From Camelus dromedarius (taxonomy: Eukaryota): DNA of 64,000 nt. Shown piece after piece: positions 38,200 to 50,572 of the stretch. The DNA is taken from positions 21,330,001 through 21,394,000 of the forward strand of contig NC_087436.1 in NCBI RefSeq assembly GCF_036321535.1, in the 5' to 3' direction. Position 1 is the stretch's first letter, and the number at the start of each line of letters is the position of its first letter. The translations under genes and the position numbers were made by a program. The notes below the pieces were generated by a model. The model did not search any database. It had not been told where the DNA came from and saw only the letters and a program-made list of their open reading frames with translations.

Positions 38200-38712
38200 T
38201 AGCAGCCATGTTTGTCTAATGTCCTTCATCCATTTGGCTGCACTTGATAGGGGTGGGGTAGACACTTGACCCATGCCAAGCCAAGTTTTGTTGGGAACTT
38301 GGAGCTGAGATCAAGAGAAAGCCAGTTTCTGGCAAGTGGATGAGGGATTGGAGAAAGCTGTCTTGTACAGACAAAGAAGACGCCCCAGAGGGGAGGAGCA
38401 GAGAGCTGATACTGCCAGCCTTCCCAGTGACATTCCATTTCCTGGCTCTAGCCCTTCCTAAAGCTCAGCTGTATTCCTAGCCTTAGATTCTATGAGGCAC
38501 TCCTGTTTCCAGGGGTGATATTCAAAATATTTAAAGCCAGTACTCTATGGGAACCAATGAATCAGAGCAGATGCGAGAGATAAACAACTCGTTCAGCCAT
38601 ACCTATGCATCTCATCGGAATGGCAGCCTTGTCTATATCATTACAGTTCCTGACCCCTCTTGCCTAAGCTAGCCGAGCTTTCTGTTGAACCAAAGGAGTT
38701 TTAATTGATATA
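38200..38712 (+). mobile_element. Old MLT1-like LTR with a small hAT-type MITE at about 38509-38630
   Basis: cacttgacccatgccaagccaa core and terminus gcctaagctag...tttctgttgaaccaaaggagttttaattgata; the insert begins caggggtgatattcaaaatattt. Confidence 0.5.
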
Positions 38713-39717
38713 GAGCCACTCAGGATAAACAGTTGGCCCAACAATTCCCTGTGCAGTGGAAAGCCCCGATCTCGCCATCCTGGTCTGCTTCCCCAGAAAC
38801 TGTCTGTGGTTGTTAATAACCCCCTTGTAGAATGGAGGTCACAACGGAGTAGTCAGCTGTTGGCTGACCAGTTGAAGGTGAGTCTGTGGAGATTATTGCC
38901 TTGTGTGATTTGGACACAATCCTATTAATGCAGCCCACAAGAGGATTAGCTTTTAGAGCAGCTAAGTCACATCACACTGAGCTTGTGATCAACAAAATCA
39001 CCCCAGTCTTTTCACCTAAAATAGTCCAGCCATTTTTTCCATCATCTATATTTATGAGATGGTATTTGGAACTCAAATGCATGGCTGTTAAAATCTCATT
39101 TTGTTCCTCTTGAACCAGGCTCCCAAGCTCTCAGAGCTTTTAAAAGTATCCATCACATTCGCCATCTCTCCTGGCTTCGTGACATCTACAGATTTGAAAA
39201 CTTTGCTATATTGTACCTTAGCATGATTAGACTTGTCTGAAATCCAGTCTGGGGGGATACTCAGTCAGTGACTGGAGTCTCAGTTGAGTATCAGATGTTC
39301 ACCAATATCTAGAAGGCAGGACTATAGTCAGAGAGCAGATATTCTTGTGAGAGGCACTGAGATGAGTTGTAGGGGGTTTCAGAAATCTGTAGCCAGGGAC
39401 AAAGCTGAATCACAAACCAAATGGAATAATTGGTACTCGGGACAATTGCAGATACAAATTTCAGTGAGACAAGAGGGCAGGTTGGAAAACCCAGTTATCC
39501 TGATAGAGGACTCAGCCGAGAACTGCTCTTGTCTACTACAAGAGTGAATGACCTTTGCTACTTCACTGGCATCACTGACTTGATCACCAGGGAGCCGCCC
39601 TCTCCTTTACCTCCGCCTTCCTCCAAGTTGCTTGATGAAAATGCTGATCCAGGCAGCACCATAGACAAAGCCACTGAAGACCTGGGTACTGCGAAACTGA
39701 TAAATCTACAAAGAGCC

Positions 39718-40459
39718 TACACTGCTGGTGGGAATGTAGTTTGGTGCAGCCATTATGGAAAACAGTATGGAGAGCCCTCAAAAAACTAAAAATAGACTTA
39801 CCATATGATCCAGCAGTCCTACTCCTGGGCATATATCCAGAGGGAACCTTAATTCAAAAAGACACCTGCACCCTAATATTCATAGTGGCACTGTTTACAA
39901 TAGCCAAGGTGTGGAAACAACCTAAATGTCCATCGACAGATGACTGGATAAAGAAGTCGTGGTATATTTACACAGTGGAATACTACTCAGCCATAAAAAT
40001 TAATAAAATAATGCCATTTGCAGCAACATGGATGGACCTGGAGATCATCATTCTAAGTGAAGTAAGCCAGAAAGAGAAAGAAAAATACCGTATAATATCA
40101 CTTATATGTGGAATCAAAAAAAAAAAAAAAAAAAAAGACAGACAAACTTATTTACAAACAGAGACTCACAGACGTAGAAAAGAAACTTATGGTTACTGGG
40201 AGGGAAGGAGCGGGAAGGGATAAATTAGGAGTTTGAGATTTGCAGATACTAACTAATATATAAAAAATAGGTAAATAAGTTTATACTGTGTAGCACAGGG
40301 AACTATATTCAATATCTTGTAGTAACTTATGGTGAAAGAGAATATGAAAACGAATATATATGTATGTTCCTATATGACTGAAATATTGTGCTGTACACCA
40401 GAAATTGACACAGCATTGTAAACTGACTATATTTCAATAAAAATATGTATTTTAAAAAG
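39718..40459 (+). mobile_element. Young 5'-truncated L1 (ORF2 C-terminus and 3' UTR) with TSD
   Basis: ORF 39741-40223 reads [10 protein letters not shown]...[15 protein letters not shown]...FAATWMDLE (L1 ORF2p C-terminus); TSD tctacaaagagcc at 39705-39717 and 40460-40472. Confidence 0.95.
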
Positions 40460-41661
40460 TCTACAAAGAGCCAAGTTCAGGAAGCATGAGAGTAAAGGAG
40501 ATGCCAAATCTACATAGCAACTAGAAGCCCGGGTGCAAGCACAGGAGACCCCAATTGTGTTTTGCTGGGATGGGGATACTTACACAGTCAGTGCTTTTGC
40601 CTCTGACTTCCAAACCCCCCTGGTTTAAAAAGTATGGTTTCCAGAAACCAATGTCTACCTATGTTCATTGTAAAAAATTCTTTTGCACAAATTATAACTA
40701 ATGATTTAGCCACAAATTTCATTATATGTTCTCTTTTCTTTTCTTTCTTTTTATGAGAATGTGACGTCCAGAGATTTCCTCAATGAAAAACAATGACATA
40801 TTTATCTGGAAATGGTTACATCCCTGAATTCCTGGATAAGGGCTTAATGATCTTCAGATTGTTAGTTGCATGACAAAAAGTTGACACTGGCAATGAGCAA
40901 AGGCCAAAACAAAAACCATGGTTATTATCTTATTGTAATTGTGAGCCATGTTGAGTCAATAAAAATGAAGTTAAGATGTTTAAAATCTGGACACTAGTCG
41001 TGATTTCCAATAATGGCACTGCCTTCTAGTCAATGTTTTATTCTCTTATTTCATACCTTAAGAATTTTCATGCAATTATTTCACAAATATTGTAGTGGAG
41101 TATGAAACTTACAACCTGCTCATACTTTCTCAGGATTTCCTTTAAACATTTTCACTAAGGTCATTTAAACGTAAGCACTAATGTATTTCCAACAAAGATC
41201 CTTCTTTATTTTTTCTCTTTTCTTTTATCCCTGCACTTAGATATGTAAGTAAAAGGTTTCAGTCAATTGATAGAAACTTACACATTGACAACAGGATAGA
41301 AAGACAGAGAACATTTGATGAAGACACTTAATCCCTTCCTCTAGTGCCTGTAAGAGAAGTAGGAGTTCTGAGGTCTACCTGAGATGGTCATTGCTGCAAA
41401 GAGCTCCATGGCCTCAGTGGTCCGTAACGAAGACACAACTGTGATGAGGTGGCCCCAGATCCCTCTTCACCAGCCCCTGCTCATAGAGCAAGCCGTGGGA
41501 CTTCTCAGTGCTGACATCCCTTTATCTCTGCAGTAGGATAATGTAGATTTTTTTCCCGAGTTCCTCTCTTCCATGCGCAGTAACCTGGACTTCTGAGTAT
41601 CGTTGGTGGGCTTAGAGGAATGTATCTCTTTGAGACTCCAGTTTAAGAATAGGAATTTCCT

Positions 41662-42012
41662 GGGAGGGCCTTCAGGATGGTGGAATAGAAGGATGTGGAG
41701 CTCACCCTTTCCCGCAGATACATCAAAAATACACCTACCGGTGGGACAGTTCTCACAGAATACATACTGAAATTCAGTGGCTCTTGTACAAGTGGAACTA
41801 CAAGGAAAATCATCATGAAACTGGATAAACAACAAGGTCCTACTATATATAGCACAGGGGACTATATTCAATAACTTGTAATTGCCTGTAATGGGAAAGA
41901 ATATGAAAAGGAATATCCATATATGTATAACTGAATCACTATGCTGTGTATCAGAAATTAACAGAACATTATAAATCGACTGTACTTCAATTTAAAAAAA
42001 TAGGGGGAAAAA
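41662..42012 (+). mobile_element. L1-derived mini-element: 5' UTR start fused to 3' UTR end, with 17-bp TSD
   Basis: 41662-41824 resembles a cetartiodactyl L1 5' end; 41825-42000 matches the L1 tails elsewhere in the window; TSD aagaa(t/c)aggaattt(c/t)ct at 41645-41661 and 42013-42029. Confidence 0.75.
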
Positions 42013-43239
42013 AAGAACAGGAATTTTCTTCTAGGGAACACGATTTATCCACGTACTCATTTACCTTTCTTGTAAGAGACACCAGTGAGTGAAGAGATAC
42101 TAAAAAGAAATTTTATGAAGTTTTATGATAGCTCTGCCATCAAGAAGCTTATGATCTAGTAGGGTGAATCTCCAAGTCGTCTAAACTTTAGAAGGTATAG
42201 CTAGTGCCAAGGTATTGGGAAAGGGTCCCTCTGGTCCTTGAATGGCTTGTCCATGCGGCATCCTCCAGTCTAGTTGCTTTTGCATAGAGATTGCCACTAA
42301 GATGTCCTTCATTTCTAAAAGTTCTGCCTGGTCCCTTTAGGTCCTGTAAATCTCTTTTATACTCTCATGCTATCCCTGGAAGGCTGAGGAATTATTCGAT
42401 TTCCTTCTTGCCAAGCTGAGGTTAAGAGTATTTGTGATGTTCGGGTCTTGATCTGCTCAGATACCGTGCAGAGAGCTCCTCTGGGGTCTTAAGTCTCCCT
42501 GGAGCTCTGTCCAGTAAGCATCCTGCAGGTGCCTGTTGCTTTCAGGTTCCACACCTCTCAGAGGTCTCACCCCACCACGCCCCCTGCAAGGCTTCTGCTC
42601 TAAAACAGGTGGAGAAACACCTTGGGATCCACTGCTGTCTCTTGGCTTAGCACCTTGCCTTCCTTACTCCTCTCCCCTAAGCTCAGGGGAATCTTTTGTT
42701 AGTTTCTTCCTCTCTCGGATCTCATTTTTAAAATCACTCTGGAAATTTCACTGATGGGACATAAGACACAGAAATTTCTTTTTTTCCTGCTTCCTTCCCT
42801 GTGACCAGAGCTCAGATGTGCTTAGATGATGCATGGAAAGGAAGTAGGAAAACCCAGGAGAAAATAGTGGTGAATGCTTGAAAAATGCAACTGTAAAACA
42901 AGAAGGCCATGAACACCACGCGCAAAATTACCAGTACAGGCTTTTAGGGCTCTGAGAAGTGTTCAGGGAAGGGAGAAATTCGTGTTAACTAGAGGCAGAG
43001 TGGGCTCCATGGAGGAGGCTGAATCTAAGCTGGGCTTTGATGGGTGGTTAGGTTTTGGGCAGATAAGAGGCCAGAATCTCACGTCCCAGATGGAGAGGAT
43101 AATTATCCTCACGGCCCAGATGCAGGAAGGTGAGAATAGGTTCTATTGATAAAGAAGGCTGGAAAGATTCTGAAGAGCCTTGAATCCCAGGTAAGGAGGA
43201 CAGTTTTAAAATGTGGAACAGTACTTTCTAAAATGGAAA

Positions 43240-43240
<1 letters not shown>

Positions 43241-43288
<48 letters not shown>

Positions 43289-43328
43289 CAGATAGATAGA
43301 GACTTCAATCAATCAATCAATCAATCAA
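43241..43328 (+). repeat. Compound microsatellite (TAGA)12 CAGA (TAGA)2 gact (TCAA)6
   Basis: Read directly from the sequence. Confidence 0.95.
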
Positions 43329-43369
43329 TAATGTCAATAAATAAAGACTTCTGCCATCAAATTCAACAG

Positions 43370-43800
43370 TTCACGCATTCTTATAAATGTTTCTCAGGTG
43401 CCTGGGATAGGCTGGGCTTTTTGTTGGAAGTGAGGACCACAGCAGTAAAGAGGAGTTGGTTCCTGTTCCAGTGAGGGAGGCAGTCATTAAACAAAACATT
43501 TCCAGTGGTAAGCACTATGACAAGAGAAGTAGTCAAGGAAGGAAGAAGTGTAGCCAGGAAACATAACCTAGTCTGGTTTGGGGAACAGCCTCGTTGAGAG
43601 AATGGAATTTTCAGTTGAGATTTGGAGGATGAGGTGGGGCTCACTAGATGAAGAGGTGGAAAAGTGTCCCAAGTAGGGGGGATGGTACATGCAAAGGTGA
43701 GGAGGAGAGCTGGGGTGGAACATTTGAAGAACTGCAGAGGTTTCCATATGGCTGGAGTGTTGGGGCCAGAGGTCTCCCTAAGGGTCTAGACTAACTGAGG
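43370..43800 (-). mobile_element. L2 fragment
   Basis: Antisense L2 motifs ttcagttgagatttggaggatgag, catgcaaaggt and tttgaagaactgcagagg...tggctggag. Confidence 0.6.
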
Positions 43801-44334
43801 AATTTTAGACCTTCTCTGATCCTCAGCTGATTCTCCTGTACCCTGAGTTAAGCACATCTGCACCACCATGGTTAGGACAGAATGATATGGAGTATTAAGT
43901 TTCTTTATAATAGACACTCTATGCATGTAGCTTCCTTTCCCTGCTTCTCTCTCCAGGAGGAGAGTGACTTATTCAAAGCCCCACACCGAGGGAGCAATAG
44001 AGCCAGACCATAGACCCAGGTTTCTGTGTCCAGGGTTATTTTTACATTATCTGTCTTTCAGGGATTGAAAAAGCACCATTCTATAATGGGCAGTGATCCT
44101 GAGACTCATTCAAGTCTCTAGTCCCTAAAACGATGAGGGCCTTCATTTCGCCTAAGAGCCGTCCCCTTCTGTCTCTAGAAATAGCCTTGGTTGTTAGACC
44201 AAGGTGATCCTGGCCAGTCTCCTGGATTCAGCACTCTCTTGGCCTCTCTGAGAGACCCTTCTTTCTCTGTGGACCTCAGAGCCCCAGGTCCTTTCCAACT
44301 CTAAGCCTGTGTGAAGATTAAATTGGAGAAGAAC

Positions 44335-44840
44335 AGGAGTTCTTGTTCCAGAGACCAGAGCTGCTTATCGAAATCCATTCTCTTTACATCCTCAAAGAGA
44401 ATTCTAATTGGATTTGGAAAAGCAAGGGGCCCAGCTGCGAAACTACCTTTCCCGGCCCGCTCTGCAGCTAGGTGCGGCCATCCGACTACGTTCTGGCTAA
44501 TGAAGTGGGAACAGAAGTCGTTAGTTGACTCTGAAAAGGTTCCTTAAAGGAGACAGACAGCTGTCTCTGATGCTGGCATAATGGCTGGGCTCCCTCTTGT
44601 ACTGTGAAGTGACCTTGAGGAAGGGAACAACATAATAAGGAGGACCGAGCAGAGGAGAGGAGTAAGGAGCCTGAGTTCCTGATGACTTTGAACTGCCATG
44701 CTTGCCCTGGGCCACCCACTGTTTCTTGGAGAGGGAGGGGCGGGGGGGGTGGGGAGAGTGAGAGAATATATCTTCTGTTTTGTTTATATCATAATTCCAA
44801 GTTCCTGTTGTCAACAACCAAATACAACTCCTGACAACAG
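44335..44840 (+). mobile_element. MLT1 (J/H-like) LTR
   Basis: cccagct...actacctttcccggcc...tgcagctaggtgcggccat...ttctggctaatga core. Confidence 0.7.
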
Positions 44841-44924
44841 CTAGCCACCCCCACAACCCACAACCACTTAGCCTGGGGAGATGGCCCTTTTAAATGGGTA
44901 ACAATGTCTAGGAGGATTAATCAG

Positions 44925-45107
44925 GCACTATGCTGAAACCTTGACATGATTAGCTCATATAATTCTTATAATAATCCCATGACTTAAGCATTATTATTTT
45001 CATTTTACAGATGATGAAACCGAGGCTGTGGAACGTGTCCAATGTTATACACCCAGTAAGTGCTAGAGTGATGATTCCAACCCGGTCTGTCTGCCTCTGG
45101 AGCTCAT
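44925..45107 (-). mobile_element. MIR (host of the adjacent L1)
   Basis: cattttacagatgatgaaaccgaggct core. Confidence 0.75.
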
Positions 45108-45887
45108 ACTTGTTCTTTTTTGTTTTTTTGTTTTCTTTCTTTGGATCATGTATTCAGTTTATTGAAGTATAGTCCATTTACATGTTGTGTCAGTTTCTGG
45201 TGCACAGCATAATGTTTCGGTCATACATAGACATACATATATTCCTTTTCATATTCTTTATCATTAGAGGCTACTGTAAGATATTGAATATAGTTCCCTG
45301 TGCTATACAGTATAAACTTGCTGTTTATCTAGTTTATATATAGCAGTTAGTATCTCCAAATACCAAACTCCCAATTTATCCCTTCCCACCCTCTTTCCCC
45401 ACAGGTAACCATAAGTTTGTTCTCTATGTCTGTGAGTCTGTTTCTGTGTTGTAAATAAGTTCATTTGTGTCTTCTTTTTAGGTTTTACACGTGCGTGATA
45501 TCATATTGTATTTGTCTTTCTCTGACTTACTTCACTTAGTATGACAATCTCCATGTCCATCCATGTTGCTGCAAGTGGCATTATTTCATTCTTTATTATG
45601 GCCGAGTAGTGTTCCATTGTATATACATACCACAACTTCTTTATCTAGTCATCTGTCGATGGACAGTTAGGTTGTTTCCATGTCTTGGCTATTGTATATA
45701 GTGCTATGAACATTGGGGTGCATGTATCTTTTTGAATTAGAGTGTTTTTTGGATATATACCCAGGAATGGAATTGTTGGATGATGTAGCAACACTATTTT
45801 TAGTTTTTTAAGGAACCTCCATGCTGTCCCCCATAGTGGCTGCACCAATTTACATTCCCACCAACAGTGTAGGAGGGTTCGCTTTTG
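45108..45887 (-). mobile_element. Young 5'-truncated L1 (ORF2 C-terminus and 3' UTR)
   Basis: ORF 45645-45911 reads [15 protein letters not shown]...WKQPNCPSTDD; T-rich tail at the left; probable TSD ggagctcat at 45099-45107 and 45888-45896. Confidence 0.93.
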
Positions 45888-46645
45888 GGAGCTCATGATT
45901 TTGATCTCCACGACCAGGGTGTGCTACCTGCAATGACCCTGATTTGATACTTATTACTAACCTACATCATATCATGGTTTGCCCTATCTCAATACATTTT
46001 ATTTAGAGAGGGAAAAAAAGAGAAATTTTCTTTAGAGGTGACCTGAGCATCTCAGTATGTTTGGCAATTATATCTCACACTCCAGATTTAGTAGGGCCCT
46101 TGGATTAGCCATCCAGTGTCACGATTGTACCTTCCTGGTCACGCCGAGAGTTTATTGTAAGGAAAGCTGAGGCCCAGCCCCTTGATCTGGTCAAGCCAAT
46201 GCTGAGTCAAAGGAAAGGCCCCAGACGTCCTTCTCTTTCTGCCTCTTAACTGTAACACCTAGATCTTGCTGCTCTGCTGTGTTGAGAGTGTCAGAGCCCT
46301 GTAGGGGCACATCTAAGTGACACCCTAAGCCCCTGGACTACACTTCATGATAGGGAAATGATATGAAGAAGGTTTCTTTTCTAGAACTGCAGGAGCTGTG
46401 GAGAAGGCAGACGGGCCTGGCCAGGGGCCAGCCCACACCTCCCAGGCGGCTTCATGTAGCGTGAGGTGTCTCTGATGGTGCAGTGTGAGGGAGAGGCTGT
46501 GGGGGGCCCGAGGCTGCGGTGTGCAGGCTGGCCCGCCGTTACACGGGGAACCGAAGTGGAAAACCCGGGAGAGACCTGGCACGAGCAGACTTGTTGGTGC
46601 TTCAAGGCAAGAGGCAGAGCTTTGAGCCCAGGCCTGGAGGGCACG

Positions 46646-47059
46646 TGTACTACTTCCCGAGGGCCGCTGCAAAATTGTACCACACACTCGGTAGCATAAA
46701 ACAGCTGAAGCACATTGTCACGGGTATGGCAGCCAGGGGTCCAAAATGAAAGTGTCAGCAGGGCTGTTCTCCCTCTGAAGGTGCTGGGGAAGGAACTGTC
46801 CTAGCTTCTGGGAGCATTAGGTATTCCTTGTCTTGGAGGTGGCCATTCTCCATCTTCTCCACCTCTCTGTGATTGTCTGTTCCTGTATCCAAATTCCCCC
46901 CGTTTAGAAGGACACCATCATATTGGATTAGGGCCCATCTTTGTGACTACACCTTGACTGCCTCTGGAAACACCGTATATCCAAATAAGGTCACGTTCTG
47001 AGGTACCAGGGGTAGAGCTGTGACACATTTTCTTGGGAGATGTAATTCAACCCATAACA
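46646..47059 (-). mobile_element. MLT1C/D-like solo LTR
   Basis: TG...CA ends; aaggacacca-tcatattggattagggccca, aaataaggtcacgttctgaggtac and attcaacccataaca motifs. Confidence 0.85.
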
Positions 47060-48352
47060 GGATGACCCTCAGATTACAGAAACAGACGGAGGAGCCGAGC
47101 TAGAGGGAACCAGAAGGTTCAAAGGCCAGGAATTCTTGAGAAAATGTTGGGAGGCCCTGGACTCATACAAGCTGTAACTCTGGGAGTTCAAACCAAGTTT
47201 ACCTAAATCTCTAAGGGTTAGGGAAGCTTTCCTATGAGATCAGGGTGCAGAAGAACGGGAAGAGACGAGGACACTGCCCCCTGGAAGGGCACACCCTCTT
47301 TGATAGAGCTGTAAGAATTCTCACACTATCGGGTGGATTCGCTGCCTACGGGAAGCCCATCTCACAATGTAATTTCCAAGTATTTTTAATATTAATGTTA
47401 AGGTGCCTTTCCAGCTGCCACCAGGAAACATTAACCTAAAATACAGTCTTGCCTCATGTTTCAACAACATCATTAAAGTACAGAATGGGGAAGAAGGATG
47501 CAGCTGATGTATCTGCACTTACAGAAATAAAAGGGAATCTTGGGGGAAAAAAAGAATTGAAAATAGTTAAGTTTTCTTTAGTGCTATCTAAGGTAGAGGG
47601 TGGTGATTCTAGATCCACAGTATGAAGTCATTTCCCCCAGTGGAAGTCGTTAGGTTTATTCATCTGCCTGCTGTCCCTGCCCCTACTGCCTGCCCCTGGT
47701 GACTTAGATGAACTGCTGTGCTCTCTCCACGTGGCTCAGTTCTGATGCTTCCCAGAACAATTCTGACTTCAGGTAGGAGTCATTTCAGTAGCCCCAGGTT
47801 TCCCTCAAACCAGTGAAGGATGACTATTCAGCTCTCTTGTAGGTTTATCGCAAGTATAATATCGAAGATCGAGCTCTGTGTTACAAATCTGTGCTGCCCA
47901 CTCATATTCCTGGTTTGTAGTTGCTCATCTGTGGGGTTCTTACTTGAATTATGGGGTTGTTGCCTTCAGACTTTTGAGTTTATGTACACAAACACCTCCC
48001 CTCTCCCGCCTTGTTCATAAGCCCATTTGGAAGAACCATGTATCTACTTTGGCTTTCATTGTGAGTTCCTGGCCGAGTCATCTGTTTAATCCTTTAGTCA
48101 TGCGGTGAGCTCTGGGATCCAGCCTTTCCCTGGCTATTTCCCTCTTCCTGTGACCACGGCCGTGCAAGTTCCCGGATGCCTATGGCCTTGTGACTAGCTT
48201 TTAGAACATTTAACCTAGATCCCCTGTTGCCATGTGGCCCCATCTATTGGGGTCCCTGGTAGCTCCTCTGGGACTCTTCCCCAGCCTGAGATTGGAGAGT
48301 GTCACCTTATATTTGTTCTCTTATCACCTTGCTTTGGTGAGTTGGTCAAGCT

Positions 48353-48540
48353 CAGGGATTACTAACTATTTTCTGTAAAAGACAACATACTAAACGTTTA
48401 GTATTTGCAGGCCATATGGTCTCCATTGCAGTCCCTCAACTCTACTGTTGTAGCATGATTGTGTATCAATAAATCTTTATTTCTGAAAACAGGGCAACAG
48501 GCTAGATTTACCCCAAGGGCCATACTTTGCTGATCTCTTG
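48353..48540. mobile_element. MER58A-like hAT MITE
   Basis: ttttctgtaaaag...tttgcaggccatatggtctc...caataaatctttattt...gggccatactttgctga. Confidence 0.8.
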
Positions 48541-48699
48541 GTCTGGTCTATAGCTTGTCTCTTTATTGCCTCATTTTCCGTTTTCTTATTCTCATTTTCT
48601 CTACCTTCATCCACTTCCCTTATAGTGTTACAAGTAAAGCACCATACCTTAATTTCAAGTCCTAAGATAGGGCACTAATTACCTCTGGTTATTTCAATA

Positions 48700-49300
48700 A
48701 AAATTAGTCTGTGTACTTGAGTCACAGGTCTAAGTTTCCGTGTCCTCAGGAGCTTCTTAGGGCTCTTCTTCAAGGAGGCACATAGATTAGCATCACAGAT
48801 GGCTCAGACGTTAATCAGAGGCCATTTAGGCAGTTGCTCCTGTTCCTTTTCTAGGAATTCGGACCCTGCCTTGGCTCTGATACAGTCTAGGTGGTAGTCA
48901 CCGTCCGTTGCCTTATCCAGTGCTACTCCGTCCACGTTCCCTGAGAAAGCACCCCAACTTTTATTCAGCTCTGTCAGCAGTGTGCTTAGGGGGCATAGAT
49001 CCCTCCCAAATGCAGAGAATACATTTTTGCCTGGAATTTGTTTTAGATTACGTTTCAGACCCAGTTCTGGGCAGCAGTATCTGGGAAAATTCTCCTTGGG
49101 GCTTTTAGGAAAGACTTTTTCCCATAATAAGAAACCCATGTCCTTCTCTCCCTGCTCTTGCTTGTCACTGTATGAGAATAATATTCTTGTAGTTGTTGGA
49201 CCCATCTTGGCACCACAAGGGGAGACGCGATCAATACTTTAATGGTGGCGGAAGGAAAAAATGGAGTCTGTTTGATTGGGCTGGGGTATGGGCTGGTACC
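48700..49300 (+). mobile_element. Old MLT1-like LTR fragment
   Basis: gacccagttctgg...ggggcttttaggaaag...ccatcttggcaccacaaggg motifs. Confidence 0.45.
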
Positions 49301-49345
49301 CCAGCTTCTCTGAGCTGTAGTTTATGCCCCAGATTAACTTTTTAA

Positions 49346-49417
49346 AAATCTGAAAGATTCCAAATTCTGAAATGCATCTGGCCTCAAGCGTTCTGAATAA
49401 TGGATCCTGGACCTGCA
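49346..49417. mobile_element. Tigger4/MER46-like terminal fragment
   Basis: tctgaaatgcatctggcctcaagcgttctgaataatggat...acctg resembles the Tigger4 terminal repeat region. Confidence 0.45.
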
Positions 49418-50407
49418 CAGGATATATCTTATATCCTGCGTGGGAAATAAAATCCCATTTCTAGGGTGAATAGTATCCCCACGCCCCAGGGGAGCCAATC
49501 TTCCAAATGCTAACAAAGAAGCAGCCTCTCTGTGTCCAGCACCTCCCCAGAGCCTTCACCTCGCTGAGCTCAAGTCTACGAATGGGAGGAAATTCCAGGC
49601 TACTCCCCGTGAGAATTCAGTGGTAGCTTCTTCCTCAATACACATTTGTTTTTATGAAGAAAACCCCATCCAAGGGTACAACCAGCTGGGAGTCTCCTTC
49701 CTTCTTCAAGATTCAGTGGTGGAAGGCAGCAGAGCAATGCGGAGTCAGAGCTCAGTCTCTCTCCTGACCCTGTGTGCAAATCAGACTGAAATATGTATCA
49801 ATAAGATGTGACTTCTTGCGCTCAGCTGAAGCATCTCGTTTCAACAAATTTCCCCATTTTATCATAAAAATCACTATATCTGCTTGGCTGATAAAATCTG
49901 TTTGAATAAGGCCTATGTACATTGGGTGGCCCACAGCAAACCTCTGAGGGCAGTAAATTGCATCTTGGAAATGCAGGCTTTTTGGAACTGTGTCTCCATC
50001 AAGACTCCGGGGGATTTCAATGCAGAAGGTTTTGCAAAGTTTGCATTTTTCATTCATTAAGGCTGTGTGGCTGCCAAACTTCTCTTCCTGTTAGTCATAC
50101 AGGGAGGAGGGCTCAACACAGCGGGCTGGTCATAAATTATCGTGTGGCTCACGGCAGCCCACGAGGAATATACCAAGTTGGCACAAGTTTTGTGAACGAT
50201 TTCTGAGAAATCCAAATGTATTGAAAAATCACATGTTTACAGAGGAATGAAAGACCCAGGGTATCTTTAGATTCCGCAGGCCAAGAATTAAGCTCGTCCT
50301 TTATCTAAACCAGAGTGAGAAACCCAGAATTAGATGACTGTGAATAGTCTATTTTTGTGGCATTCCATAGGAAAATTGCTACAAGTAAATGATTCTTCTG
50401 TCTTGAT

Positions 50408-50572
50408 CTGTGGTTCTAAATCTTTTTTTTTTTTAATTTTTGTGGATCCCTTTGAGAATCTGAAGAAAGCTCACCAGACATTGCTCGCAAATACACACAC
50501 AATTGTATATACAATTTCAGGAGGCTCACGAGTCCTCCGAGGCTCACTGTAACCTCAGGTTAAGGATCGCTG
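50408..50572. mobile_element. hAT-Charlie MITE
   Basis: ctgtggttct...ccctttgagaatctga...caggttaaggatcgctg. Confidence 0.55.

Noticed and set aside
39741..40223. 160-aa ORF (also 45645-45911 and 54927-55340)
   Set aside because: L1 ORF2p C-terminal remnants or their antisense, not host genes.
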